This document shows, piece by piece, positions 8,249 through 15,972 of a stretch of DNA of 33,848 nt. Origin of the DNA: an uncultured Nitrospiraceae bacterium (GTDB lineage Bacteria; Nitrospirota; Thermodesulfovibrionia; Thermodesulfovibrionales; UBA1546); contig CAZHHV010000005.1 in assembly GCA_964532335.1 (NCBI GenBank), forward strand, positions 1 to 33,848, given 5' to 3'. The notes beneath the pieces are model-generated. The model had not been told where the DNA came from, ran no database searches, and saw only the letters and a program-made list of their open reading frames with translations. Made by a program: the position numbers and the translations under genes. How positions within the stretch are numbered: position 1 is the stretch's first letter; every line of letters begins with the position of its first letter.

Positions 8249-10141
8249 ATGAACATCAAGCTTGCAACAGGAGAAAGCATACCCGCAGCAACAGGTGAAA
8301 ACATCCTCTCTGCGCTCAAAAAGAAGGGTATCTATCTTGTTTCCTCATGCGGCGGCAAAGGCACATGCGGAAAATGCCGCATAAAGATTCACGCCGGGAA
8401 ATACAGGACCTCCGCATCAGGCAAACTCTCTCAGGCTGACAAAGAGAAAGGCATTGTCCTTGCCTGCCAAACATTCCCTGAAAGTGACATCTCCGCAGAG
8501 ATACTTGAAGAGGCAAGGCTTGTTGTCGGAGACAGGATTGCCCTGTCAAAATCAAAAGACCTTTCAGAGCTTTTCAGGTCCTTTGACAAAGAGATAACAC
8601 CCATCGTAAAAAGGCTTAACATCAAACTTCCGCCTCCTACAATAGAGGATCACATAAGCGATCTTGAGCGCTTGAAAAGGGAGCTTGAGCTGAAAGGCAT
8701 CAAAGGCATGAGGTTCTCCCATACATTTGCATCATCAATGGCAGATGACCTTAGAAAACACAACTGGGAAATACATCTCGCCTATGTTGACCCCGTTAGA
8801 AAAGATTTTTCTAACGGGGTTGACGGCCCGGAGGCAATCTTTGTTACATCCGACAAGCAAACCGCAAGATACGGCATTGCAGTTGACATCGGAACAACAA
8901 CGATTGTCGTATATCTCATTGACCTTTCTGACGGAAAACTCGTTGATGTGGGTTCAACATACAATTCACAGATACGATACGGCGATGACGTCATCACAAG
9001 GATAGTCCATGCAACAGAGAGCGGCGGGCTTGAAGAATTAAGGGAAACTGTCACGGATGATATAAACAACATCACCGATACTATTATTGAAAAACATGGC
9101 ATAAATAAAGAGCACATAGAATGCGCTGTAATCTCAGGGAATACAACCATGTCTCATATCTTCTGGGGGCTTGATCCCGGGCATATCAGGGAAGAGCCGT
9201 ATATACCTACTGTAAATTCATTTCCGCTGTGGAAGGCAGGGACAGCAAGGCTTCACATAAATAAACAAGCTCCTGTTTATACTCTGCCGTGTGTTGCAAG
9301 TTATGTCGGAGGCGACATTGTCTCAGGAGTGCTTGCATCAAAGATGCACAGAAACCATGAGACAGCATTATTCATGGACATCGGCACAAACGGAGAGATT
9401 GCAATAGGCAACAATGAATGGCTTATGACAGCGGCATGTTCTGCGGGCCCCTGTTTTGAAGGAAGCGGGATAAAGCACGGAATGAGGGCCACCGAAGGCG
9501 CGATAGAGGCTGTAAAGATTGCGCCTGATACATTTGAGCCTTCCATCTCTGTTATCGGCAATACTGTGCCAATAGGCATATGCGGCTCAGGAATGATAGA
9601 CGCAATATCAGAGCTGTTTCTTTCTGGCGTCATAGACCGGAAAGGAAAATTTATCCGTGAAATAAAAACAGGCCGCATAAGAGAGGGAGATGAAGGCGCA
9701 GAATTTGTCCTCCACAAAGGGGCAAAAGATATTGTCCTTACAGAAGTTGACATTGAGAATATCATGAGGGCCAAGGCAGCGATTTATGCAGGGATATCGC
9801 TTCTTATAAAAGAAGTAGGGTTCACGCTGGACAGTATAGAGCGCATATATGTAGCAGGAGGGTTCGGCAACTATCTGAATGTTGACAGGGCTGTAATAAT
9901 CGGAATGCTCCCTGACATTCCAAAAGAAAAGTTCAGATTTTTAGGCAACACATCAGTTGCAGGGGCTTATCTGTGCCTGCTCTCAGAAAAACTCAGGAAA
10001 GAAGCAGAGGAGATTGCGCGGAAAATGACATACATGGAGCTTTCAGTCTCAAGGAATTTTATGGATGAATACATGTCGGCGCTTTTCCTGCCGCATACTG
10101 ATATAAGCCTTTTTCCGACAGTCGCAAAACTGCTTAAATAA
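8249..10141 (+). CDS. RACo-like corrinoid reductive activase ([2Fe-2S] ferredoxin domain plus ASKHA/DUF4445 ATPase)
   Basis: 630 aa. N-terminal plant-type ferredoxin motif SSCGGKGTCGKCRIKI...LACQT. ASKHA phosphate-1 motif GIAVDIGTTTIVVYL, and later FMDIGTNGEIA and CGSGMIDA. Confidence 0.75.
   Translation: MNIKLATGESIPAATGENILSALKKKGIYLVSSCGGKGTCGKCRIKIHAGKYRTSASGKLSQADKEKGIVLACQTFPESDISAEILEEARLVVGDRIALSKSKDLSELFRSFDKEITPIVKRLNIKLPPPTIEDHISDLERLKRELELKGIKGMRFSHTFASSMADDLRKHNWEIHLAYVDPVRKDFSNGVDGPEAIFVTSDKQTARYGIAVDIGTTTIVVYLIDLSDGKLVDVGSTYNSQIRYGDDVITRIVHATESGGLEELRETVTDDINNITDTIIEKHGINKEHIECAVISGNTTMSHIFWGLDPGHIREEPYIPTVNSFPLWKAGTARLHINKQAPVYTLPCVASYVGGDIVSGVLASKMHRNHETALFMDIGTNGEIAIGNNEWLMTAACSAGPCFEGSGIKHGMRATEGAIEAVKIAPDTFEPSISVIGNTVPIGICGSGMIDAISELFLSGVIDRKGKFIREIKTGRIREGDEGAEFVLHKGAKDIVLTEVDIENIMRAKAAIYAGISLLIKEVGFTLDSIERIYVAGGFGNYLNVDRAVIIGMLPDIPKEKFRFLGNTSVAGAYLCLLSEKLRKEAEEIARKMTYMELSVSRNFMDEYMSALFLPHTDISLFPTVAKLLK
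8790..8820. repeat. Perfect 14-bp-arm palindrome ACCCCGTTAGAAAA-gat-TTTTCTAACGGGGT inside the RACo-like CDS
   Basis: Arms at 8790-8803 and 8807-8820. Read in-frame as DPVRKDFSNGV. Same arm sequence as 6904-6938. Confidence 0.85.
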
Positions 10142-10154
10142 TTTATAATATACC

Positions 10155-10802
10155 ATGAAGCTTTTGATGCACATCTGCTGCGCAAACTGCAGTCTTTATC
10201 CCATCAAAACACTAACTGAAAAGGGCGTTTCCGTAACAGGACTGTGGTTTAATCCCAATATCCATCCTTATGTGGAATATAAAAATAGACTGGATGCAGT
10301 TAGAAAGCTTGAGTGCCTCTGGAAAAACGATAATAAAATCCCCCCTAACCCCCCTTTATTAAAGGGGGGCGAGGGGGGATTTTTGCAAAAGGGGGAGAGG
10401 GAAGGATTCTCGTGGGGAGGAGCAGATTTTCAAGTGCATTATATAGACTGCTACGGCATCAAGGAATTCATACAGAAGACAGGCAACGGCAGTGAGAACC
10501 GCTGCAGTGCGTGTTATGAAATGAGGCTTGACAAGACAGCCCAAACAGCCAGAGAGATCGGCGCTGACGGCTTTACAACCTCGCTCCTTATAAGCCCCTA
10601 CCAGAAATTTGATGTTATAATAGACATTGGCAGAGAAATGGAGAAAAGGCACTCTGTGCAATTTTATTTTGAAGACTTCAGACCCGGCTGGAAGCAGGGG
10701 GTTGAGCTTTCAAAGGAGCTCGGGCTTTACAGGCAGAAATATTGCGGCTGCATCTATTCCGAGATGGAGAAACACCTTAAAGTTCGGGAGGAAGTGAGAT
10801 GA
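10155..10802 (+). CDS. queH: Epoxyqueuosine reductase QueH (DUF208) with an in-frame palindromic-element insertion
   Basis: 215 aa. LMHICCANCS...GLWFNPNIHPY..EY..R and CSACYEMRLD...TTSLLISPYQ...YRQKYCGCIYSE are QueH hallmarks. IPPNPPLLKGGEGGFLQKGEREGFSWGG is encoded by the repeat. Confidence 0.9.
   Translation: MKLLMHICCANCSLYPIKTLTEKGVSVTGLWFNPNIHPYVEYKNRLDAVRKLECLWKNDNKIPPNPPLLKGGEGGFLQKGEREGFSWGGADFQVHYIDCYGIKEFIQKTGNGSENRCSACYEMRLDKTAQTAREIGADGFTTSLLISPYQKFDVIIDIGREMEKRHSVQFYFEDFRPGWKQGVELSKELGLYRQKYCGCIYSEMEKHLKVREEVR
10335..10383. repeat. Nested C6/G6 palindrome (family A), copy inside queH
   Basis: Outer arms aaaatcccccct (10335-10346) and aggggggatttt (10372-10383). Inner arms cccccctTTA (10349-10358) and TAAagggggg (10360-10369). 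Confidence 0.9.
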
Positions 10803-11824
10803 AAGCTTTCAGCAATAAGCGTTCAGCGTTCAGCTTAAAAACGTGTCTTATTTTATTTTCCCTGATAGCTATAAGCTGTCAGCTGTCAGCTGATTTATAC
10901 GCCGATGCAATAAGAGTGCTTATTTTGGATGAAGATTCTCCGCGTATCCCTGCAAAGAATGAGCCTCTGGAGAAAGTCAGTGAAAAGATAAAAGGCGACT
11001 TCCTTGTGAGCGGGGTTCATTACAGGGGCGAGATTGAGGTATGGAAAGGGAAAAACGGGCTTTATGTCGTAAATGAAATCCCCTTTGAGGAATATGTCAA
11101 GAGCGTTGTCACGGCTGAGGTCGGGACCAACTGGGAAATGGAAGCGCTCAAAGCTCAGGCAGTTATTTCAAGGACGTATGCTGTATATCAAAAAAATATG
11201 AACGGAAACCTGCATTACCATATTACATCCTCTGTTCTTCATCAGGTGTACAAGGGGAACTTCTCTGATGTCAGAGCAGCAACTGCCGTAGAAAAAACAT
11301 CAGGCGAGATACTCACATTCAACGGAAACCCAATAGAGGCGCTTTACCACTCTACATGCGGCGGCAAGACAGAGCTTCCCGAAGAGGTGTTTGAGAAAAG
11401 CTACCCCTATATTAAATCAGTGGAATCAAGCTGTGAAGCCTCGCCTTACTGGATATGGGAAAGAAAAATCCCATTGTCAGAGATAGAAAAATCTTTAAAC
11501 ATAACCGTCTTTAAAGATATGGCTGTCAGGTCTTACACCTCAACCGGAAGAGTAAAAGAGGTAACTGTAACATCTGAATCAGGAGAGCGCACAATCAAAT
11601 CCAACGACTTAAGAAAACAACTCGGATGGCAAAGACTGCCGAGCACAAATTTCACCATGACAAAACTAAACGATTCCATAATCTTCGAAGGAAAAGGCTA
11701 CGGCCATGGAGTAGGCCTCTGCCAGTGGAGCGCGCTTGAGATGGCAAAAAAGGGGAAAAACTACAGGGAAATTCTTTCTTTCTTTTATCCCGGAACAGAA
11801 ATTCAGTTATATGAAGGCCGCTGA
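10799..11824 (+). CDS. SpoIID/LytB domain protein
   Basis: 341 aa. ATGA overlap with the queH stop. Signal peptide, plus AQAVISRTYAV and LYHSTCGGKTE SpoIID motifs. Confidence 0.85.
   Translation: MKAFSNKRSAFSLKTCLILFSLIAISCQLSADLYADAIRVLILDEDSPRIPAKNEPLEKVSEKIKGDFLVSGVHYRGEIEVWKGKNGLYVVNEIPFEEYVKSVVTAEVGTNWEMEALKAQAVISRTYAVYQKNMNGNLHYHITSSVLHQVYKGNFSDVRAATAVEKTSGEILTFNGNPIEALYHSTCGGKTELPEEVFEKSYPYIKSVESSCEASPYWIWERKIPLSEIEKSLNITVFKDMAVRSYTSTGRVKEVTVTSESGERTIKSNDLRKQLGWQRLPSTNFTMTKLNDSIIFEGKGYGHGVGLCQWSALEMAKKGKNYREILSFFYPGTEIQLYEGR
10811..10894. repeat. Two heptamer tandem arrays (AGCNNTN x4 each) in the SpoIID signal-peptide coding region
   Basis: agcaata agcgttc agcgttc agcttaa (10811-10838) and agctata agctgtc agctgtc agctgat (10867-10894). 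Confidence 0.8.
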
Positions 11825-12830
11825 TTTTGATTTTCACCTGCCGGAAGGACTGATAGCAAAAAAACCTTCTGACAAAAGAGACCTCTCAAGGCTTTTAGTG
11901 CTTCACAAAAACGGCAAAATAGAACACAGAATCTTCGGTAATCTCCCCGACTATCTTAATGAAGGCGACCTGCTTTTACTTAATAGCACCAAAGTTTTTC
12001 CGGCAAGACTTACAGGGGCAAAGCCTACGGGAGGAAGATTTGAATTTCTGCTGGTAAAAGAAATCGGCGTTGACAAGTGGGAAATACTATCAAAAGGAAA
12101 ATACAGAGGGGAAATATCAATAGCAGAAGGGTTATCAGCAGACATAGAAAACCAGACTGCCCGGTTTTCGTATTCCGGCGACTTCATGGAAAATGTGTGG
12201 AGATACGGAGATATGCCTTTGCCGCCGTATATAAAGCGCAAGCCGGAGCCCGTTGATAGAGAATGGTATCAGACAGTATATGCGGAAAAAGAGGGTTCCA
12301 TCGCAGCTCCGACCGCCGGAATGCATTTTACCGGAGAACTGATAGGCAAGATAAAGGACAAAGGCGTGAATGTCAGGTGCCTGACACTTCATGTAGGGAT
12401 AGGGACCTTCAAACCGATAAAAGCAGAGAATTTGAGTGAACATTCTATGGATGCAGAATATTTTGAGATAGGGAAAGAGATTATTGAAGAGATAAAAAAA
12501 ACAAAAGCCTGCGGCAAAAGAGTCTTCTCTGTTGGAACCACAACAACGAGGGCTATAGAGGGATATATGAGCGGACAATATTCACCCATTCACCCATTCA
12601 CCCATTCACCCATTCACCGGATCTGCGGTTCTACAAACATCTTCATCTATCCCGGTTATGAGTTCAGGGTTGTTGACTCCCTTATCACCAATTTTCACCT
12701 TCCACGCTCAACACCGCTTATGCTGGCATCTGCCTTCTGCGGCGCCGAAAAACTGAGAGGCGCATACAGCATTGCTGTGAGTCAAAAATATAGATTTTTC
12801 TCCTACGGTGATGCTATGCTTATCCTGTGA
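11811..12830 (+). CDS. queA: S-adenosylmethionine:tRNA ribosyltransferase-isomerase
   Basis: I start at ATG 11811 (MKAADFDFHLPEGLIAKKP, the family-typical N-terminus) rather than the track start 11736. Also VGTTTTRAIE, IFIYPGYEFRVVDSLITNFHLPRSTPLMLASAF. Confidence 0.93.
   Translation: MKAADFDFHLPEGLIAKKPSDKRDLSRLLVLHKNGKIEHRIFGNLPDYLNEGDLLLLNSTKVFPARLTGAKPTGGRFEFLLVKEIGVDKWEILSKGKYRGEISIAEGLSADIENQTARFSYSGDFMENVWRYGDMPLPPYIKRKPEPVDREWYQTVYAEKEGSIAAPTAGMHFTGELIGKIKDKGVNVRCLTLHVGIGTFKPIKAENLSEHSMDAEYFEIGKEIIEEIKKTKACGKRVFSVGTTTTRAIEGYMSGQYSPIHPFTHSPIHRICGSTNIFIYPGYEFRVVDSLITNFHLPRSTPLMLASAFCGAEKLRGAYSIAVSQKYRFFSYGDAMLIL
12581..12618. repeat. 8-bp microsatellite (TTCACCCA) x4.75 inside queA
   Basis: Direct reading gives units at 12581, 12589, 12597 and 12605, then a partial ttcacc. 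Translated as SPIHPFTHSPIH. Confidence 0.95.
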
Positions 12831-12831
12831 A

Positions 12832-13518
12832 ATGAAACACAGCAGCCTTAAAGCAAAACGGAAAACAGCCTTGCCGGACAGGAAATTCATCATAGCTATT
12901 ATTGCAGTTACCTCTGCGCTTAGCTTCAGCCTCGGTTATTTTGTAGGCGGGGCAGGAGAAAAGGGAAAACAGCTTGAATATCAAATAATCGCAGCTCCGA
13001 AACTTGAGGCGATTCCTCAGGATCGGGAGCAGACTGCTCCTTTGGATGAATCTCAAAGTGCAAACCCGGTTAGAGATTTATCTCTAAGCAGCGCAAATTC
13101 ATCTCAACCACAAATAGCAGAGGAGAAGTCTCCCCCTGAAAAACCCCTGTTGGCACAGCCTGTTGTTCAAAAAGAGCCTGCCGAACCCAAGGTTGAAACT
13201 GATAACTCTCATCAGAATGATATAAAATATGTTGTTCAAGCCGGCGCATTCAAAAACTTGAAAGAAGCGGAAACGCTCAAACACAAACTTGAAACTAAAG
13301 GGTACAAGGCATACATAAAAAAATATGCTAAATCCAAAAATCCGAAATTATACAAAGTAAGGACAGGAGAATTTACAACCAAGGAAGAAGCGGCAGCGCT
13401 TGCGCTCAAACTGAAAAATGAAGGGCTGAAGGCTTTTGTAACTCTGAAAAACGAAGAGGCTCGCGGGGATAAAAATTCCTCACAGCCCGGCGCCGCCAAA
13501 AAGGAGAACATACGGTAA
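12832..13518 (+). CDS. SPOR domain protein (membrane-anchored, peptidoglycan-binding)
   Basis: TM segment FIIAIIAVTSALSFSLGYFVG. C-terminal SPOR repeat YVVQAGAFKNLKEAETLKHKLETKGYKAYI...YKVRTGEFTTKEEAAALALKLKNEGLKAFV. I prefer ATG 12832 over 12808 because it falls just after the queA stop. Confidence 0.8.
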   Translation: MKHSSLKAKRKTALPDRKFIIAIIAVTSALSFSLGYFVGGAGEKGKQLEYQIIAAPKLEAIPQDREQTAPLDESQSANPVRDLSLSSANSSQPQIAEEKSPPEKPLLAQPVVQKEPAEPKVETDNSHQNDIKYVVQAGAFKNLKEAETLKHKLETKGYKAYIKKYAKSKNPKLYKVRTGEFTTKEEAAALALKLKNEGLKAFVTLKNEEARGDKNSSQPGAAKKENIR

Positions 13519-13814
13519 CCATAGAGATAGAACTTGACAGCGAAAAGGAATTAACTTTCCTTTACAGCGGGTTTGACAAAAACCTCAAACTTATAGAAGA
13601 GGCTTTCAATATAACCGCAAGCTTCAGGGGGAATAAAATATTTATTCAGGGAGAACCCGGGCCTGCTGCAAAGGCTGAAAAGCTCATAAACGAGCTGCGC
13701 GCCATAAGCGAGGATGGTTATCTGCTTAAGCCTGAAGACATCAGTTACGCAATAAAATCAGCGGCAGCCGGACATGAGACATCTCTCAAAGATTTATTCC
13801 TGAACAATATACCT

Positions 13815-14477
13815 GTGTCCTCAAAAAAGAGATTTATCATACCCAAAACCGAGACCCAGAAGCAGTATATTGAAGCTATGCGTAATTATGATATTGTTAT
13901 AGGGATAGGTCCTGCAGGCACAGGCAAGACCTACCTTGCGATGGCAATGGCAATAAACGCCCTTCTGAAAAAACAGGTGAGCAGGATAGTTCTTGCGCGG
14001 CCTGCCGTGGAAGCCGGAGAAAAACTCGGCTTTCTGCCCGGCGACATGTACGAAAAGGTTAACCCTTATCTGAGACCCCTTTATGATGCCCTTTTTGATA
14101 TGATAGAGGCGGAAAAGGCAAGTAAATTTATTGAGCGCGGTATCATAGAAATTGCGCCATTAGCTTTTATGAGAGGGCGCACATTGAATGATTCCTTTAT
14201 AATTCTTGACGAGGCGCAGAATACAACATCAGAGCAGATGAAGATGTATCTTACAAGGCTGGGCTTTAACTCAAAGACCGTAATTACAGGAGACATAACA
14301 CAGATTGACCTGCCAACAGGGAAACTGTCAGGATTGATAGAGGCTGAAAAAATACTGAATGACATAGAAGGCATAAAAGTTATATATTTTTCCGAGAAGG
14401 ACGTTGTAAGGCATAAACTTGTTCAGGAAATAGTAAAGGCGTATGAAAGATATGAAAAACGGAACACAGAAAATTAG
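13815..14477 (+). CDS. phoH: PhoH/YbeZ-like ATPase (minimal call from GTG 13815; the conserved N-terminal domain continues in-frame upstream to about 13515-13521 without a canonical start)
   Basis: Walker A GIGPAGTGKTYLAMA, then RPAVEAGEKLGFLPGD, PLAFMRGRTLNDSFIILDEAQNTT, VITGDITQIDLP. See the finding on 13473-13814. Confidence 0.9.
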   Translation: MSSKKRFIIPKTETQKQYIEAMRNYDIVIGIGPAGTGKTYLAMAMAINALLKKQVSRIVLARPAVEAGEKLGFLPGDMYEKVNPYLRPLYDALFDMIEAEKASKFIERGIIEIAPLAFMRGRTLNDSFIILDEAQNTTSEQMKMYLTRLGFNSKTVITGDITQIDLPTGKLSGLIEAEKILNDIEGIKVIYFSEKDVVRHKLVQEIVKAYERYEKRNTEN

Positions 14478-15972
14478 CAGAAAGATTGACATAAAAAAAT
14501 ATTTGCTGCTGATTGTATTTGGATTCTTATCAGCCATTGCAATACAGGAGAGAGCCGGCGCTGAACGTTTTGCAGGAGGACTGCTCACCGCCTGTCTTCT
14601 TTTAGCCATCCTATACAGGGACATAACGCGGTATAAACCTGCTTATCTTAAAAACTACAACATGCTCGTCCTTCTCGGCTTTATGATTGTCAGCACGCTT
14701 CTCCTCGGAAGATTTTTTGAGTATATACTGGTAAACCTTGCGCGCGGAATCGGCCTGGCGCCTATAGAAATCACATGGTTCGGCATACCGATAGCAGCAG
14801 GCGCAATGCTCGTTATGCTTTTATTTGATTTTCACACCGCAATAGTATTTTCCTTTGTAGTAAGCCTCTTAAGCGGGCTGTGGCTCAACAGCTCAATCTT
14901 TCCGGTATATGCATTTGTAGGAAGCCTTACTGCCGCATTCAGCGTTATAAGATGTAAAAAGCGGTCAGCGCTCTTGATGGGAGGTTTTTATGTCGGAGTG
15001 ATAAGCGGCGTCACTGCAAGCATCCTACTGCTTTTTACAGGAGAGTTCTTTTCTGTTAAGGCATTCCCTGCAGTAATGTTTGCGCTGTCCTCAGGGATAA
15101 GCGTCACGGCAGTTGTCTCTGTAATGCTGCCAATCCTTGAATACACATTCAAAGTCACAACTGATATAAGTTTGCTTGAACTTCTTGATATGGAGCAGCC
15201 GCTTATGAAAAACCTCATGATAACTGCTCCCGGGACGTATCATCACAGCGTCATAGTCGGCAATCTCGTTGAAGCTGCGGCAGAGGCAGTAGGCGTTAAT
15301 CCCCTGCTTGCAAGGGTAAGCTCATATTACCACGACATCGGCAAGATCAAGATGCCGGAATATTTTGTTGAAAACCAGAGCAATTCTCTGAGCAAACATG
15401 AGAAGCTGGCTCCACACATGAGCAGCATGATAATATCTTCGCACGTAAAAGAAGGCGTAGAGCTTGCAAATCAGCATAAACTCCCGCAGCCGATTATAGA
15501 TATAATAGAACAGCATCACGGCACAAGTCTGATGACCTTTTTTTACCAGAAGGCAAAAGGCCAGAGAGACGAGAACGAGCCTTCGGAAGAAGAATATAAA
15601 TATCCGGGCCCCAAACCTCAGACGCGCGTAGCCGCGCTCGTTATGATGGCAGATGCTGTTGAGGCTGCGTCAAAGGTTTTAAACGACCCTACGCCTGCGA
15701 GGATTGCCGCTCTTGTTGACAAGATAATAAACCACATATTCCTTGAGGGACAGCTTGATGAATGCGAACTCACGTTGAAAGACATCTCAGAGATAAAAAA
15801 ACACTTCTCATACATACTCACAGGAATCCTGCACAAGAGAATAGATTATCCGGGGTTTAATTTCAACGGCGGCGCTTCAAAATCTCAGGAAGCACAAAGG
15901 CAATCCAATGAAAGTTTTAATAAGGAATCAGCAAAAACTGACAAAGATAAATCAGCAAAAGATAAAGCGTGA
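14443..15972 (+). CDS. 7TM-HD membrane phosphohydrolase (PgpH/YqfF-like), short form without the extracellular N-domain
   Basis: 509 aa. Multiple TM helices followed by HD domain motifs TYHHSVIVGNL and YYHDIGK, then EQHHGT. Sits in the classic phoH-pgpH-ybeY gene order. Confidence 0.8.
   Translation: MKDMKNGTQKISRKIDIKKYLLLIVFGFLSAIAIQERAGAERFAGGLLTACLLLAILYRDITRYKPAYLKNYNMLVLLGFMIVSTLLLGRFFEYILVNLARGIGLAPIEITWFGIPIAAGAMLVMLLFDFHTAIVFSFVVSLLSGLWLNSSIFPVYAFVGSLTAAFSVIRCKKRSALLMGGFYVGVISGVTASILLLFTGEFFSVKAFPAVMFALSSGISVTAVVSVMLPILEYTFKVTTDISLLELLDMEQPLMKNLMITAPGTYHHSVIVGNLVEAAAEAVGVNPLLARVSSYYHDIGKIKMPEYFVENQSNSLSKHEKLAPHMSSMIISSHVKEGVELANQHKLPQPIIDIIEQHHGTSLMTFFYQKAKGQRDENEPSEEEYKYPGPKPQTRVAALVMMADAVEAASKVLNDPTPARIAALVDKIINHIFLEGQLDECELTLKDISEIKKHFSYILTGILHKRIDYPGFNFNGGASKSQEAQRQSNESFNKESAKTDKDKSAKDKA

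Noticed and set aside
8316-9774. Antisense or off-frame track ORFs inside the RACo-like gene. The same applies to 12135-12578, 13236-13511, 17986-18468, 23717-24077, 30449-31497 and 33304-33710 inside other genes
   Set aside because: They overlap strongly supported genes on the opposite strand or in another frame, and their translations are low-complexity with no motifs.
11736-11810. Long N-terminal extensions implied by track starts (queA 11736, SPOR 12808, tktC 30471, antitoxin 24331)
   Set aside because: The extensions overlap the upstream genes extensively and lack family-typical sequence. Internal ATGs reproduce the canonical N-termini.
13497-13503. Programmed -1 frameshift at CAAAAAG fusing the SPOR protein to PhoH
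   Set aside because: The heptamer is not a canonical X XXY YYZ site (the first base is C). I see no downstream stimulatory structure. A SPOR-PhoH fusion has no precedent I know of. A start-codon problem is the simpler explanation.
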